A program made the translations under genes and the position numbers. A DNA stretch of 64,000 nt, taken from assembly GCA_012295275.1 (NCBI GenBank), contig CM022674.1:3534001-3598000 (forward strand), written 5' to 3'. This DNA is from Chrysomallon squamiferum. Its lineage: Eukaryota > Animalia > Mollusca. The first letter of the stretch is position 1, and the number at the start of each line of letters is the position of its first letter. The notes below the pieces were generated by a model, which saw nothing but the letters and a program-made list of their open reading frames with translations, did not search any database and was not told where the DNA came from. This document shows, in pieces, positions 33,580-64,000 of this stretch.

Positions 33580-33910
33580 GCATACGCACAGACACATAAA
33601 CATACACACATATATATTATTTAGATATTACATACAGATAATAACTTCCTGTCTTAAGGTTATAGGGTTTATCCTGATCAGTCGAATGTGAAGGCAGCCC
33701 AACACAGCCTCACTGTACTCAACATTCTGATATGCATGTATGGGACAAACCTAATATCTTAAAACAGTGATCAGTTATGTCATATGTGTAGAATAATAAC
33801 ACACACACACACACACACATACAAACAAACACATAATCTACATTCATTTAAATATACATCAACATACCTACATAACTATATGTATGTATGTATGTATGTA
33901 TGTATTTATG

Positions 33911-33941
<31 letters not shown>

Positions 33942-33974
33942 GGTATGTGTATATATATATATATTGTCTTTTAG

Positions 33975-37122
<3,148 letters not shown>

Positions 37123-38381
37123 ATCAGTTAGAAACATGTACGTATTAAAATCAAACAGTTTTGTTTAAACAAATTTTAATTACAATTACAAAAGAGGTGC
37201 TGTAAGTTTGAAACATTTACAAATCTTTATTCTTAACCAGAAACTGAAACATTATCAAACAGTTTTTTTTTCTTCTTCTTTCATTTACTTATTTATTTAT
37301 TTATATTTATTATTGTTTTCTTATTCGTTGTCCTTATTAAGAACTTTTCTCTACATATTTTGATTCCTGCATAATTAAGCAACTTGTTTCCAAATTAATT
37401 CAATCTGAAGTTTACACTTTATATAAAACTTATAAAAAGTTAAGATAAATGCTTGTTGGATAAAGTTAAAATTTTCATTACTAGGAAAACATTGAAATTC
37501 GTTCTACCCGCTGCGCATGCGTAGATACGTAAACATACGTAATTATATATTTATATGAAACGCACACACTCATATATATCGTATATCAATATTTTATTTT
37601 TCCAAACATGGACGCAAGAAATGATGACTATATCAATTTATTTATTTTACACACATACGCACTCTTGATCGCACACAAACACATGAACATTATACAAAAA
37701 TTTAGTACAAAAGTTATATTCTACTTTGACACTCGTTAAAGTTTCGGTCATTCGTCTGTTCGCTCTTCCTTTCATGTCGAACATTCATTCTTTCATTGCT
37801 ATGACATCATCTCTTTTCTTTCGTTTCAGGTGAATGATGATGGATAACTTTGTGATAACCAGAGACTCAGTGACGTAAATACGAGATGACTTCTGAGTCC
37901 TTGTTAATTCCACGAAAGTAACATTTATATTTCTGGTCTGTGAAGATATCATCTTGTATTGTATAGTATTTTGTATCGTATTATTGTAGATAATGTACTA
38001 AACAGGAAATATTTAATCAGAGATGTAGAAGAATAACAGGAAGGATAATAATAATTGGTTTGTTTTTAGTTTAAATATTCAGATTAATAAAATATATTTA
38101 ATTATAAAATTTTGAGAATATTTCGGTAAAATAATTTACCACATTTAACTTTAATTATGACCTAGAAAAAAAGAAGTATTATTTGATCAACACTCAGAAT
38201 TTATATTTTGTAATAAATTTTGTAATGATTTCCGAAAGATTTGTTGTTGTTGCTGCTGCTGTTATTGCTGTTGTTATTGTTTTCTATTTTTTTTCTCTCT
38301 ACTGTAATGTGAAGAGTAAAATTATTATTACTATTATTATTATTAGTATTCTTCTTCTTATTATTATTAGTAGTAGTAGTT

Positions 38382-38440
<59 letters not shown>

Positions 38441-39094
38441 CTGGGCCAATCAATCATTTGAAACTTTCTTACAGCAACTTGTATTATGAGGCCAACACTG
38501 GATTAGAGTTAGTATGTTATATTGTTATACAGAAGCTATTATTCAAAAACGCAAGATGTAGCCATGAAGCTTCCACGTTCAGATATACACAGAATTTTAC
38601 CCAATTCATGAATCAGTCAGCAGAGTATGTTAAAGTGTCAGAGAGATAAAATTTCTTTATTAATGTACAAGTGTTGTATCTGTTATATATAATTAGCTAT
38701 GAGAGTAGCCGTTAGTAGGATCCGATCCCCGAAACTAGTATTTAAAAGCAAAAGATGTAGTCATAATTGTTTCACTTTCTGTTACACAGAACTTTAAGTA
38801 AGTTGGGAACGTCACAACAAAATATAACTAGAGAACCTACGAACAGTACGTTTTGATAAAGCAAGCGAAATAACTCTAGCAAGATACTGTTCCACGAGAG
38901 TTGTTTCCCTTGACTGTTTCGAATTCCTACTTTTCGTGATTTAGATATTCTCGAAAACGTTTTTTTGTTTTTTGTATTTTTTTTCTTTTGTGTTTTTTGT
39001 GATTTTGTTTGTTATTGTTTTGTTTTGTATTTTGGTTTCCAGTTTTTATTTTTCTTGTTTGTATTGATCTTTTTTAATGTATTTTTTTTTTTCA

Positions 39095-39133
<39 letters not shown>

Positions 39134-40042
39134 TTTATTTGATTGTCTTTCTTCTATTTCTTATTTTCTTCTTTATAGCAATTATTAATTTAATATTTAG
39201 GTGGCAGATAAACCTTCAGGCTTACATTTGTTTCTGCTTATTTCACATTCTAGATATTCCGTGAAATTAGCGTGATTGGATTTGTTTAAAATTTGAAATG
39301 TTTTAGAGTGTAGTGTAACATATACTTCAGCTGGACCATGGATTCTGCTGATAAATTTCTAAGAAACATAATTAAACAGTTATATCACGAGTTTTATTTT
39401 TCGCCTTAACGAATACTTACATATAATTATTTATGACGTTTTAATGTGGTTTTAAAACACATTTACTTACCCGTATTTTTGTTATCAGCATTACGTCACA
39501 GTTCCTGTAGAAATGGTTTCTATGGAAGCAATGTTTTAGTAGGTATGTTCAGCAGAAGTATGAATATAAAACTGTATTTCTTTTAGAATCTCTTTACATC
39601 AACAAATATTACAACTGCCATTACAAACACTACTAGTACTGTCATCAGTATAACGTATTCTAGGAATACTGTGTTACTGCTACAACAAAGTACAACACAA
39701 ATAATTACTACAGCTACTAAAACACCCCTGCCAGAAATGATACTAAGCTACTAATGTTATTACTAGTACATCTAGTGAAACTATTTTTACTTTTGCTTCT
39801 GCTTCCATTACAACTACCACTATAAATATTATTTCTAGAATACTACTACTATTAGTGATATATCTACTTGTACTGCATCTACTAATACTAATACTGCTAC
39901 TGCTACTACTACTACTTCTTATAGTAGTGATAGGGAATTGAAATGAAATATTTGTGTACAAGCACAACGATATATATTATAAAAGAAAACAGAGAGAGGG
40001 TGTGAGAGAGACGTTGAGAGGGAGAGAGGGCGGAGAGTGGGA

Positions 40043-40151
<109 letters not shown>

Positions 40152-40635
40152 ATCATGAATGTCTAATAATAATAACTGAACGAAAAAATTCGGGAGTAAC
40201 ATAAAATAAAATAAATAATCAGGGAACATTACACTTAAAGGATAATAATTCTTACCGATTTCTTTTACTTTAGGCGTTTTTCACATTATTGCACAAATAT
40301 ATGTACAGAATGAGTGGTTGTTAATTTGAATGAAAGTTACTCATAATATTTGTATTACAATGTCAAAGCAGACAGCCAATCAGAAATGACAGTCACAAAA
40401 AGGGAAATCCCCGTTTTTTCCAAACGCGTCGAACCGCGACTAGTCTTTGTACTGAAAATGTGTCACGTTTCACTGTGACATTTGTGTCCAGGTTACTTAG
40501 CGAACAATGGTATCCGACGTCACATGACATAAATATATTAGGCAGGGAGAAGAATTGAGATGAATGGTAGAGCTGAGATAAACGCTAGTTTATAATATCT
40601 CGATTAAATCTGTCTCTGCTTTCCTTTGTTTTATA

Positions 40636-40713
<78 letters not shown>

Positions 40714-41285
40714 AAGAAGAAGAAGAAGAAGAAGAAAGAGAAGAAAGAGAAATATCAGAAGAAAAAGAAGAAGAAGAATACCAAAGCGATGATTACCCTC
40801 GGTTATTGAGCAATCTTTTAGGGTTGTCTTCGGGGTGCGTCGAATGGGTGTCATACGTTCAAGTCTCGTAAGCGGCATCTGACGCGGTTAGTGAGGTCGT
40901 ATTTCGACTTTGTCCCCCTGCTTCAGTGCGCTCGCGAATAGTTGTCTATCCAGTCGTACATAAGTCAGACAATATTCAAAATCCTAGACAACATACATAC
41001 ATACGTACATACATACATACATGCATGCATGCATACATACATACATACATAGATACAAACATACATGCATGCATACATACATACATACATACATACAAAC
41101 ATACATACTTGCATACATACATCCATACATACATACATGCATACATACATGCATACATATATACATACAAAACACACAAAGAAGAGGAAGAGATGATTAC
41201 CCTCGATTATCGAACTACAATGCTTACCTGTGTCTCCACTACTATTTTAACGTAATCATTATTAAACTGTATTTTGTTTGCTATT

Positions 41286-41323
<38 letters not shown>

Positions 41324-42029
41324 AAATGATGCAAATGATATGCGTTAAAAAGACTGCGTTACAAATCTATACATTAATTATAAATATAAATTCCAAAAAA
41401 AAAAAAAAATGTTTATATTTATAAAAAGGAAAATAATGGAGAATATATTTTTGGCTATTTAAAATATAATAATAAATAAGTGCGGGAGTGTGGGTGTCAT
41501 ATGTTCAAATCTCGTCAGCGGCATCTCACGGGTTTTGTCAGGTTGTGATTGGTCTTTTTTTTATACCAGATACAGCAGTCTAGTATATGCAGAAGTCAGG
41601 TAATACTGTAGTCAAACGAAATTTCTAATGAAAACTCAAACCTCTACAGGATCTGTGAAATATATATTTCCACCTGAAAATTAAATTGTAACCAAAACTC
41701 AAAACAATTACTGAAGGTAGTCAAAACCTACTTTTTTTTAACTAATATGTGGATGGATTGCTCCAAAGCTCTCTAAACAATGTAGGTGAAGGTTTCAATA
41801 TTTTGCACTGATGGTTGACACGTGTTACTAACATTTTGCAGTCAGGCGTTTAGGGGTGGCACAAATTCCCATTGACTCATAAGTCCCCAGTTTCCCCTGC
41901 ACAGCTGAAAAAACTAACGATGTAATCCGAGCAAGCTGTAGTAAAGAAAGTCTGCAACACGCTCTATTTCCGAAAATGTCAGCGGGAGATTTTTTAGCCG
42001 AATTTGTGACGTTGTCAAACCAGCATGTT

Positions 42030-42056
42030 ATGCAAATGAACAGGTAATATATAAAA
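42030..42056 (+). promoter_or_regulatory. Candidate core promoter: octamer ATGCAAAT plus TATATAAAA ~190 bp upstream of ATG (copy at ~52687-52715)
   Basis: ATGCAAAT at 42030-42037, TATA at ~42048-42056; position conserved in paralogs. A short 5'UTR intron here cannot be excluded. Confidence 0.45.
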
Positions 42057-42236
42057 CGCGTCAACGGCTACAGGCAGAAAGCGAGCCCGTTGCAGACGTG
42101 ATTCACAACAGCTTGCTCTGATTAGCACGTTCATTTTGTTCAAGGTTCACGGTTCAACTGGCCGCATTTTTCATACCGGATCTACATTTGACAAGGTGCT
42201 AACAATACAAGGGAAAAACAGGAAGAAATTTTGGAG

Positions 42237-47755
<5,519 letters not shown>

Positions 47756-49011
47756 ATCAGTTAGAAACATGTACGTATTAAAATCAAACAGTTTTGTTTA
47801 AACAAATTTTAATTACAATTACAAAAGAGGTGCTGTAAGTTTGAAACATTTACAAATCTTTATTCTTAACCAGAAACTGAAACATTATCAAACAGTTTTT
47901 CTTCTTCTTTCATTTACTTATTTATTTATTTATATTTATTATTGTTTTCTTATTCGTTGTCCTTATTAAGAACTTTTCTCTACATATTTTGATTCCTGCA
48001 TAATTAAGCAACTTGTTTCCAAATTAATTCAATCTGAAGTTTACACTTTATATAAAACTTATAAAAAGTTAAGATAAATGCTTGTTGGATAAAGTTAAAA
48101 TTTTCATTACTAGGAAAACATTGAAATTCGTTCTACCCGCTGCGCATGCGTAGATACGTAAACATACGTAATTATATATTTATATGAAACGCACACACTC
48201 ATATATATCGTATATCAATATTTTATTTTTCCAAACATGGACGCAAGAAATGATGACTATATCAATTTATTTATTTTACACACATACGCACTCTTGATCG
48301 CACACAAACACATGAACATTATACAAAAAATTTAGTACAAAAGTTATATTCTACTTTGACACTCGTTAAAGTTTCGGTCATTCGTCTGTTCGCTCTTCCT
48401 TTCATGTCGAACATTCATTCTTTCATTGCTATGACATCATCTCTTTTCTTTCGTTTCAGGTGAATGATGATGGATAACTTTGTGATAACCAGAGACTCAG
48501 TGACGTAAATACGAGATGACTTCTGAGTCCTTGTTAATTCCACGAAAGTAACATTTATATTTCTGGTCTGTGAAGATATCATCTTGTATTGTATAGTATT
48601 TTGTATCGTATTATTGTAGATAATGTACTAAACAGGAAATATTTAATCAGAGATGTAGAAGAATAACAGGAAGGATAATAATAATTGGTTTGTTTTTAGT
48701 TTAAATATTCAGATTAATAAAATATATTTAATTATAAAATTTTGAGAATATTTCGGTAAAATAATTTACCACATTTAACTTTAATTATGACCTAGAAAAA
48801 AAGAAGTATTATTTGATCAACACTCAGAATTTATATTTTGTAATAAATTTTGTAATGATTTCCGAAAGATTTGTTGTTGTTGCTGCTGCTGTTATTGCTG
48901 TTGTTATTGTTTTCTATTTTTTTTCTCTCTACTGTAATGTGAAGAGTAAAATTATTATTACTATTATTATTATTAGTATTCTTCTTCTTATTATTATTAG
49001 TAGTAGTAGTT

Positions 49012-49079
<68 letters not shown>

Positions 49080-49733
49080 CTGGGCCAATCAATCATTTGA
49101 AACTTTCTTACAGCAACTTGTATTATGAGGCCAACACTGGATTAGAGTTAGTATGTTATATTGTTATACAGAAGCTATTATTCAAAAACGCAAGATGTAG
49201 CCATGAAGCTTCCACGTTCAGATATACACAGAATTTTACCCAATTCATGAATCAGTCAGCAGAGTATGTTAAAGTGTCAGAGAGATAAAATTTCTTTATT
49301 AATGTACAAGTGTTGTATCTGTTATATATAATTAGCTATGAGAGTAGCCGTTAGTAGGATCCGATCCCCGAAACTAGTATTTAAAAGCAAAAGATGTAGT
49401 CATAATTGTTTCACTTTCTGTTACACAGAACTTTAAGTAAGTTGGGAACGTCACAACAAAATATAACTACAGAACCTACGAACAGTACGTTTTGATAAAG
49501 CAAGCGAAATAACTCTAGCAAGATACTGTTCCACGAGAGTTGTTTCCCTTGACTGTTTCGAATTCCTACTTTTCGTGATTTAGATATTCTCGAAAACGTT
49601 TTTTTGTTTTTTGTATTTTTTTTCTTTTGTGTTTTTTGTGATTTTGTTTGTTATTGTTTTGTTTTGTATTTTGGTTTCCACTTTTTATTTTTCTTGTTTG
49701 TATTGATCTTTTTTAATGTATTTTTTTTTTTCA

Positions 49734-49766
<33 letters not shown>

Positions 49767-50677
49767 TTTATTTGATTGTCTTTCTTCTATTTCTTATTTT
49801 CTTCTTTATAGCAATTATTAATTTAATATTTAGGTGGCAGATAAACCTTCAGGCTTACATTTGTTTGTGCTTATTTCACATTCTAGATATTCCGTGAAAT
49901 TAGCGTGATTGGATTTGTTTAAAATGTGAAATGTTTTAGAGTGTAGTGTAACATATACTTCAGCTGGACCATGGATTCTGCTGATAAATTTCTAAGAAAC
50001 ATAATTAAACAGTTATATCACGAGTTTTATTTTTCGCCTTAACGAATACTTACATATAATTATTTATGACGTTTTAATGTGGTTTTAAAACACATTTACT
50101 TACCCGTATTTTTGTTATCAGCATTACGTCACAGTTCCTGTAGAAATGGTTTCTATGGAAGCAATGTTTTAGTAGGTATGTTCAGCAGAAGTATGAATAT
50201 AAAACTGTATTTCTTTTAGAATCTCTTTACATCAACAAATATTACAACTGCCATTACAAACACTACTAGTACTGTCATCAGTATAACGTATTCTAGGAAT
50301 ACTGTGTTACTGCTACAACAAAGTACAACACAAATAATTACTACAGCTACTAAAACACCCCTGCCAGAAATGATACTAAGCTACTAATGTTATTACTAGT
50401 ACATCTAGTGAAACTATTTTTACTTTTGCTTCTGCTTCCATTACAACTACCACTATAAATATTATTTCTAGAATACTACTACTATTAGTGATATATCTAC
50501 TTGTACTGCATCTACTAATACTAATACTGCTACTTCTACTACTACTACTTCTAATATTAGTGATAGGGAATTAAAATGAAATATTTGTGTACAAGCACAA
50601 CGATATATATTATAAAAGAAAACAGAGAGAGGGTGTGAGAGAGACGTTGAGAGGGAGAGATGGCGGAGGGAGGGAGG

Positions 50678-50830
<153 letters not shown>

Positions 50831-51314
50831 ATCATGAATGTCTAATAATAATAACTGAACGAAAAAATTCGGGAGTAACATAAAATAAAATAAATAATCA
50901 GGGAACATTACACTTAAAGGATAATAATTATTACCGATTTCTTTTACTTTAGGCGTTTTTCACATTATTGCACAAATATATGTACAGAATGAGTGGTTGT
51001 TAATTTGAATGAAAGTTACTCATAATATTTGTATTACAATGTCAAAGCAGACAGCCAATCAGAAATGACAGTCACAAAAAGGGAAATCCCCGTTTTTTCC
51101 AAACGCGTCGAACCGCGACTAGTCTTTGTACTGAAAATGTGTCACGTTTCACTGTGACATTTGTGTCCAGGTTACTTAGCGAACAATGGTATCCGACGTC
51201 ACATGACATAAATATATTAGGCAGGGAGAAGAATTGAGATGAATGGTAGAGCTGAGATAAACGCTAGTTTATAATATCTCGATTAAATCTGTCTCTGCTT
51301 TCCTTTGTTTTATA

Positions 51315-51377
<63 letters not shown>

Positions 51378-51941
51378 AAGAAGAAGAAGAAGAAGAAAGA
51401 GAAGAAAGAGAAATATCAGAAGAAAAAGAAGAAGAAGAATACCAAAGCGATGATTACCCTCGGTTATTGAGCAATCTTTTTAGGGTTGTCTTCGGGGTGC
51501 GTCGAATGGGTGTCATACGTTCAAGTCTCGTCAGTGGCATCTGACGAGGTTAGTGAGGTCGTATTTCGACTTTGTCCCCCTGCTTCAGTGCGCTCGCGAA
51601 TAGTTGTCTATCCAGTCGTACATAAGTCAGACAATATTCAAAATCCTAGACAACATACATACATACGTACATACATACATGCATGCATGCATGCATACAT
51701 ACATACATAGATACAAACATACATGCATGCATACATACATACATACATACATACAAACATACATACTTGCATACATACATCCATACATACATACATGCAT
51801 ACATACATGCATACATATATACATACAAACACACAAAGAAGAGGAAGAGATGATTACCCTCGATTATCGAACTACAATGCTTACCTGTGTCTCCACTACT
51901 ATTTTAACGTAATCATTATTAAACTGTATTTTGTTTGCTAT

Positions 51942-51978
<37 letters not shown>

Positions 51979-52895
51979 AAATGATGCAAATGATATGCGT
52001 TAAAAAGACTGCGTTACAAATCTATACATTAATTATAAATATAAATTCCAAAAAAAAAAAAATGTTTATATTTATAAAAGGAAAAATAATGGAGAATATA
52101 TTTTTGGCTATTTAAAAATATAATAATAAATAAGTGCGGGAGTGTGGGTGTCATATGTTCAAATCTCGTCAGCGGCATCTCACGGGTTTTGTCAGGTTGT
52201 GATTGGTCTTTTTTTTTTTTTATACCAGATACAGCAGTCTAGTATATGCAGAAGTCAGGTAATACTGTAGTCAAACGAAATTTCTAATGAAAAACTCAAA
52301 CCTCTACAGGATCTGTGAAATATATATTTCCACCTGAAAATTAAATTGTAACCAAAACTCAAAACAATTACTGAAGGTAGTCAAAAACCTACTTTTTAAC
52401 TAATATGTGGATGGATTGCTCCAAAGCTCTCTAAACAATGTAGGTGAAGGTTTCAATATTTTGCACTGATGGTTGACACGTGTTACTAACATTTTGCAGT
52501 CAGGCGTTTAGGGGTGGCACAAATTCCCATTGACTCATAAGTCCCCAGTTTCCCCTGCACAGCTGAAAAACTAACGATGTAATCCGAGCAAGCTGTAGTA
52601 AAGAAAGTCTGCAACACGCTCTATTTCCGAAAATGTCAGCGGGAGATTTTTTAGCCGAATTTGTGACGTTGTCAAACCAGCATGTTATGCAAATGAACAG
52701 GTAATATATATAAAACGCGTCAACGGCTACAGGCAGAAAGCGAGCCCGTTGCAGACGTGATTCACAACAGCTTGCTCTGATTAGCACGTTCATTTTGTTC
52801 AAGGTTCACGGTTCAACTGGCCGCATTTTTCATACCGGATCTACATTTGACAAGGTGCTAACAATACAAGGGAAAAACAGGAAGAAATTTTGGAG

Positions 52896-52941
52896 ATGGC
52901 GAAACTTGTGATTTTTCTTGGCTTTTTAGTTTTCGCTTCTG
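52896..52941 (+). CDS. Gene 4, signal-peptide exon only (rest truncated by gap at 53910)
   Basis: ATG...MAKLVIFLGFLVFAS G/gtcagt, with the same promoter and intron-1 sequence as gene 3. Confidence 0.75.
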
Positions 52942-53143
52942 GTCAGTATCAGTTATATTTTTTAATATCAGGTATAGTCGTTACTAGTAGTTATAGAAGT
53001 AGCCATATTTCTAGTTGTGGTAGTAGTTGTTGTAATTATAGTTGCAGTGCGGGCTGTTGGGGGACAAATCTGGATAACATTATTTTTTCCTTTATAATTT
53101 TAATTTAATTTTTTTTTAATTTATATATGTTTACTTTGATTTC

Positions 53144-53208
<65 letters not shown>

Positions 53209-53558
53209 CATTTTAATATCTTGACTATTGTGACGTGAATTTCTTTTACCTTCCGTCTGTAAATTGTCAATTCTGTAGTGATTGTTGGTTCAATCCACAC
53301 CAAAAAAAAAAAATAAACAATGAATATTCTGGGCAATGGAACACACTATAAGTGTTCAGGTTGGATCGTTTATACACGTATTCTATATCGCATTCCGTTA
53401 GAACCAAGCCATCTCTGCAGAAACCTGCCCGGGACAGAAATACTTCCAGCTGAGTGGAATCCCTGTGACAAATATCAAAGTCAATTTTTCAAATCATGGT
53501 TATATTAAACTTACTTCCAGATATAACTTACTTCCAACAGAGTTCGTTAAATAATAAT

Positions 53559-53618
<60 letters not shown>

Positions 53619-53909
53619 GTAATAATAATAATAATAATAATAATACTAATAATACTAATAAAAATAGTAATAATAATAATACTAATAATATGTAATAATA
53701 ATAATAAAAGAACAAAACTTTCTATTCGTTGAATTCAGTACTTGTTTTATTATTCTTATTCTGCGCCAGTTATTCGAAGTTTTATGAGAGACTCCTGGAC
53801 ATTTTTCTGTTCTATGCAGTGCCATTGACTGACTTGTCGAAACTGACTTGCGTCCTGTAATCCACATAAAATAATTTTGCTGTCGTTAAACATTTCATTA
53901 TAACGGATC

Positions 53910-54109
53910 NNNNNNNNNNNNNNNNNNNNNNNNNNNNNNNNNNNNNNNNNNNNNNNNNNNNNNNNNNNNNNNNNNNNNNNNNNNNNNNNNNNNNNNNNNN
54001 NNNNNNNNNNNNNNNNNNNNNNNNNNNNNNNNNNNNNNNNNNNNNNNNNNNNNNNNNNNNNNNNNNNNNNNNNNNNNNNNNNNNNNNNNNNNNNNNNNNN
54101 NNNNNNNNN
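53910..54109. other. Scaffold gap (200 N)
   Basis: Run of N. Confidence 1.
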
Positions 54110-62862
<8,753 letters not shown>

Positions 62863-63005
62863 CTAAAAAAAGTAAATAAATAAATAGTAATAATAACAAG
62901 AAAAATACTAATAATAAAAGTAACAATGAGAGTAACTAAGTCAAGGTACCACTGTCTGTGTGTGAGTAGATGTATAGATACATAAATGGATGGATGGATG
63001 GATAG

Positions 63006-63160
<155 letters not shown>

Positions 63161-63442
63161 TAGACACCTGGCATTTATTACAGAATTCATTTTATAATTT
63201 TTATCAAAAATTGCTAACAAGATTCGCGCAAATTCTCGAGAGGAAATGTGTTATAATTTTTTAACGACAGCAAAAATTATTTTTTGTAGACAGGGCGTAA
63301 GTCAGTTTTCGACAGAACAGTCACTCGCACTCGATAGAACAGGAAAATGTCTAGGAGTCTCTCGCCAAAAACTTCGATCTTAGAAGCGCAGAATAAGAAT
63401 AATAAAACAAGTACTGAATGCCACGAATAGAAAGTTTTGTTC

Positions 63443-63509
<67 letters not shown>

Positions 63510-63765
63510 TACTATTATTATTATTATTATTGTTATTATTATTATTATGATTATGTAACAAAGTATGTTGGAAGGAAGTCATATCTGTGTTAATATAACT
63601 ATGATTTGAAAAAAATCGACTTTGATATTTGTCACGGGAATTCTACTCATTTCTGTCTAGGGCAGGTTACTACAGAGTTGGCTTGGCTCTAACTGAATCC
63701 GATATTCATTGTTTGTTTTCTGTGGGTTTTTTTGTCGGAAGATTAAAACACTTTTATCAGATAAC

Positions 63766-63806
<41 letters not shown>

Positions 63807-63964
63807 TGATGATGATGATGACGATGATGATGATAATAATAAAGTAAAATAAATTAATTTATGAAAATTTAAGAAAATAAAAATAAAGTAAAAACAACAA
63901 TAAAATCAAAATTATTATTCTTTTTTTTTGTCGTAAGATAAAAACACTTTCATTAAATAATAAA

Positions 63965-64000
<36 letters not shown>

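Noticed and set aside
33192-33624. ORFs spanning N runs (also 53812-54261)
   Set aside because: Artefacts of translating scaffold gaps.

Overview
Eukaryotic (metazoan) genomic DNA: AT-rich, extremely dense in microsatellites, with two 200-N scaffold gaps (33380-33579, 53910-54109). The composition is reminiscent of octopod cephalopods or decapod crustaceans, but the organism cannot be fixed from sequence. Almost all ORFs in the supplied track are microsatellite artefacts. Splicing short GT-AG exons by hand reveals a cluster of paralogous genes for cysteine-rich, probably GPI-anchored cell-surface proteins. The basic gene has 8 exons and encodes about 214 aa: a signal peptide, two ~85-100 aa domains with spacing C-x10-C-x14..22-C-x8-C-x9-C-x20..27-CP (each encoded by a 3-exon, phase 1-to-1 cassette), and a GPI-type hydrophobic tail. 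Copies lie at 13517-20723, 33975-37122 (partial, error-rich), 42237-47755, 52896-gap (partial) and complement 58244-62862 (signal exon beyond the window). Upstream of the first copy, 15 further intact in-frame exons (1362-13139) build five extra domains. These apparently arose by head-to-tail gene fusion, exonisation of promoter DNA and a chimeric exon swap, giving a potential 22-exon, 7-domain, >700 aa GPI-anchored protein. Paralogous first-domain exons differ almost only at amino-acid-changing positions, suggesting a diversifying recognition-molecule system. Also present: Tigger/pogo-type DNA transposon remnants, ~5 kb and ~10.6 kb tandem duplications, an inverted duplication, a 24-bp minisatellite, a decayed minus-strand ORF region and a CpG-richer promoter-like island.
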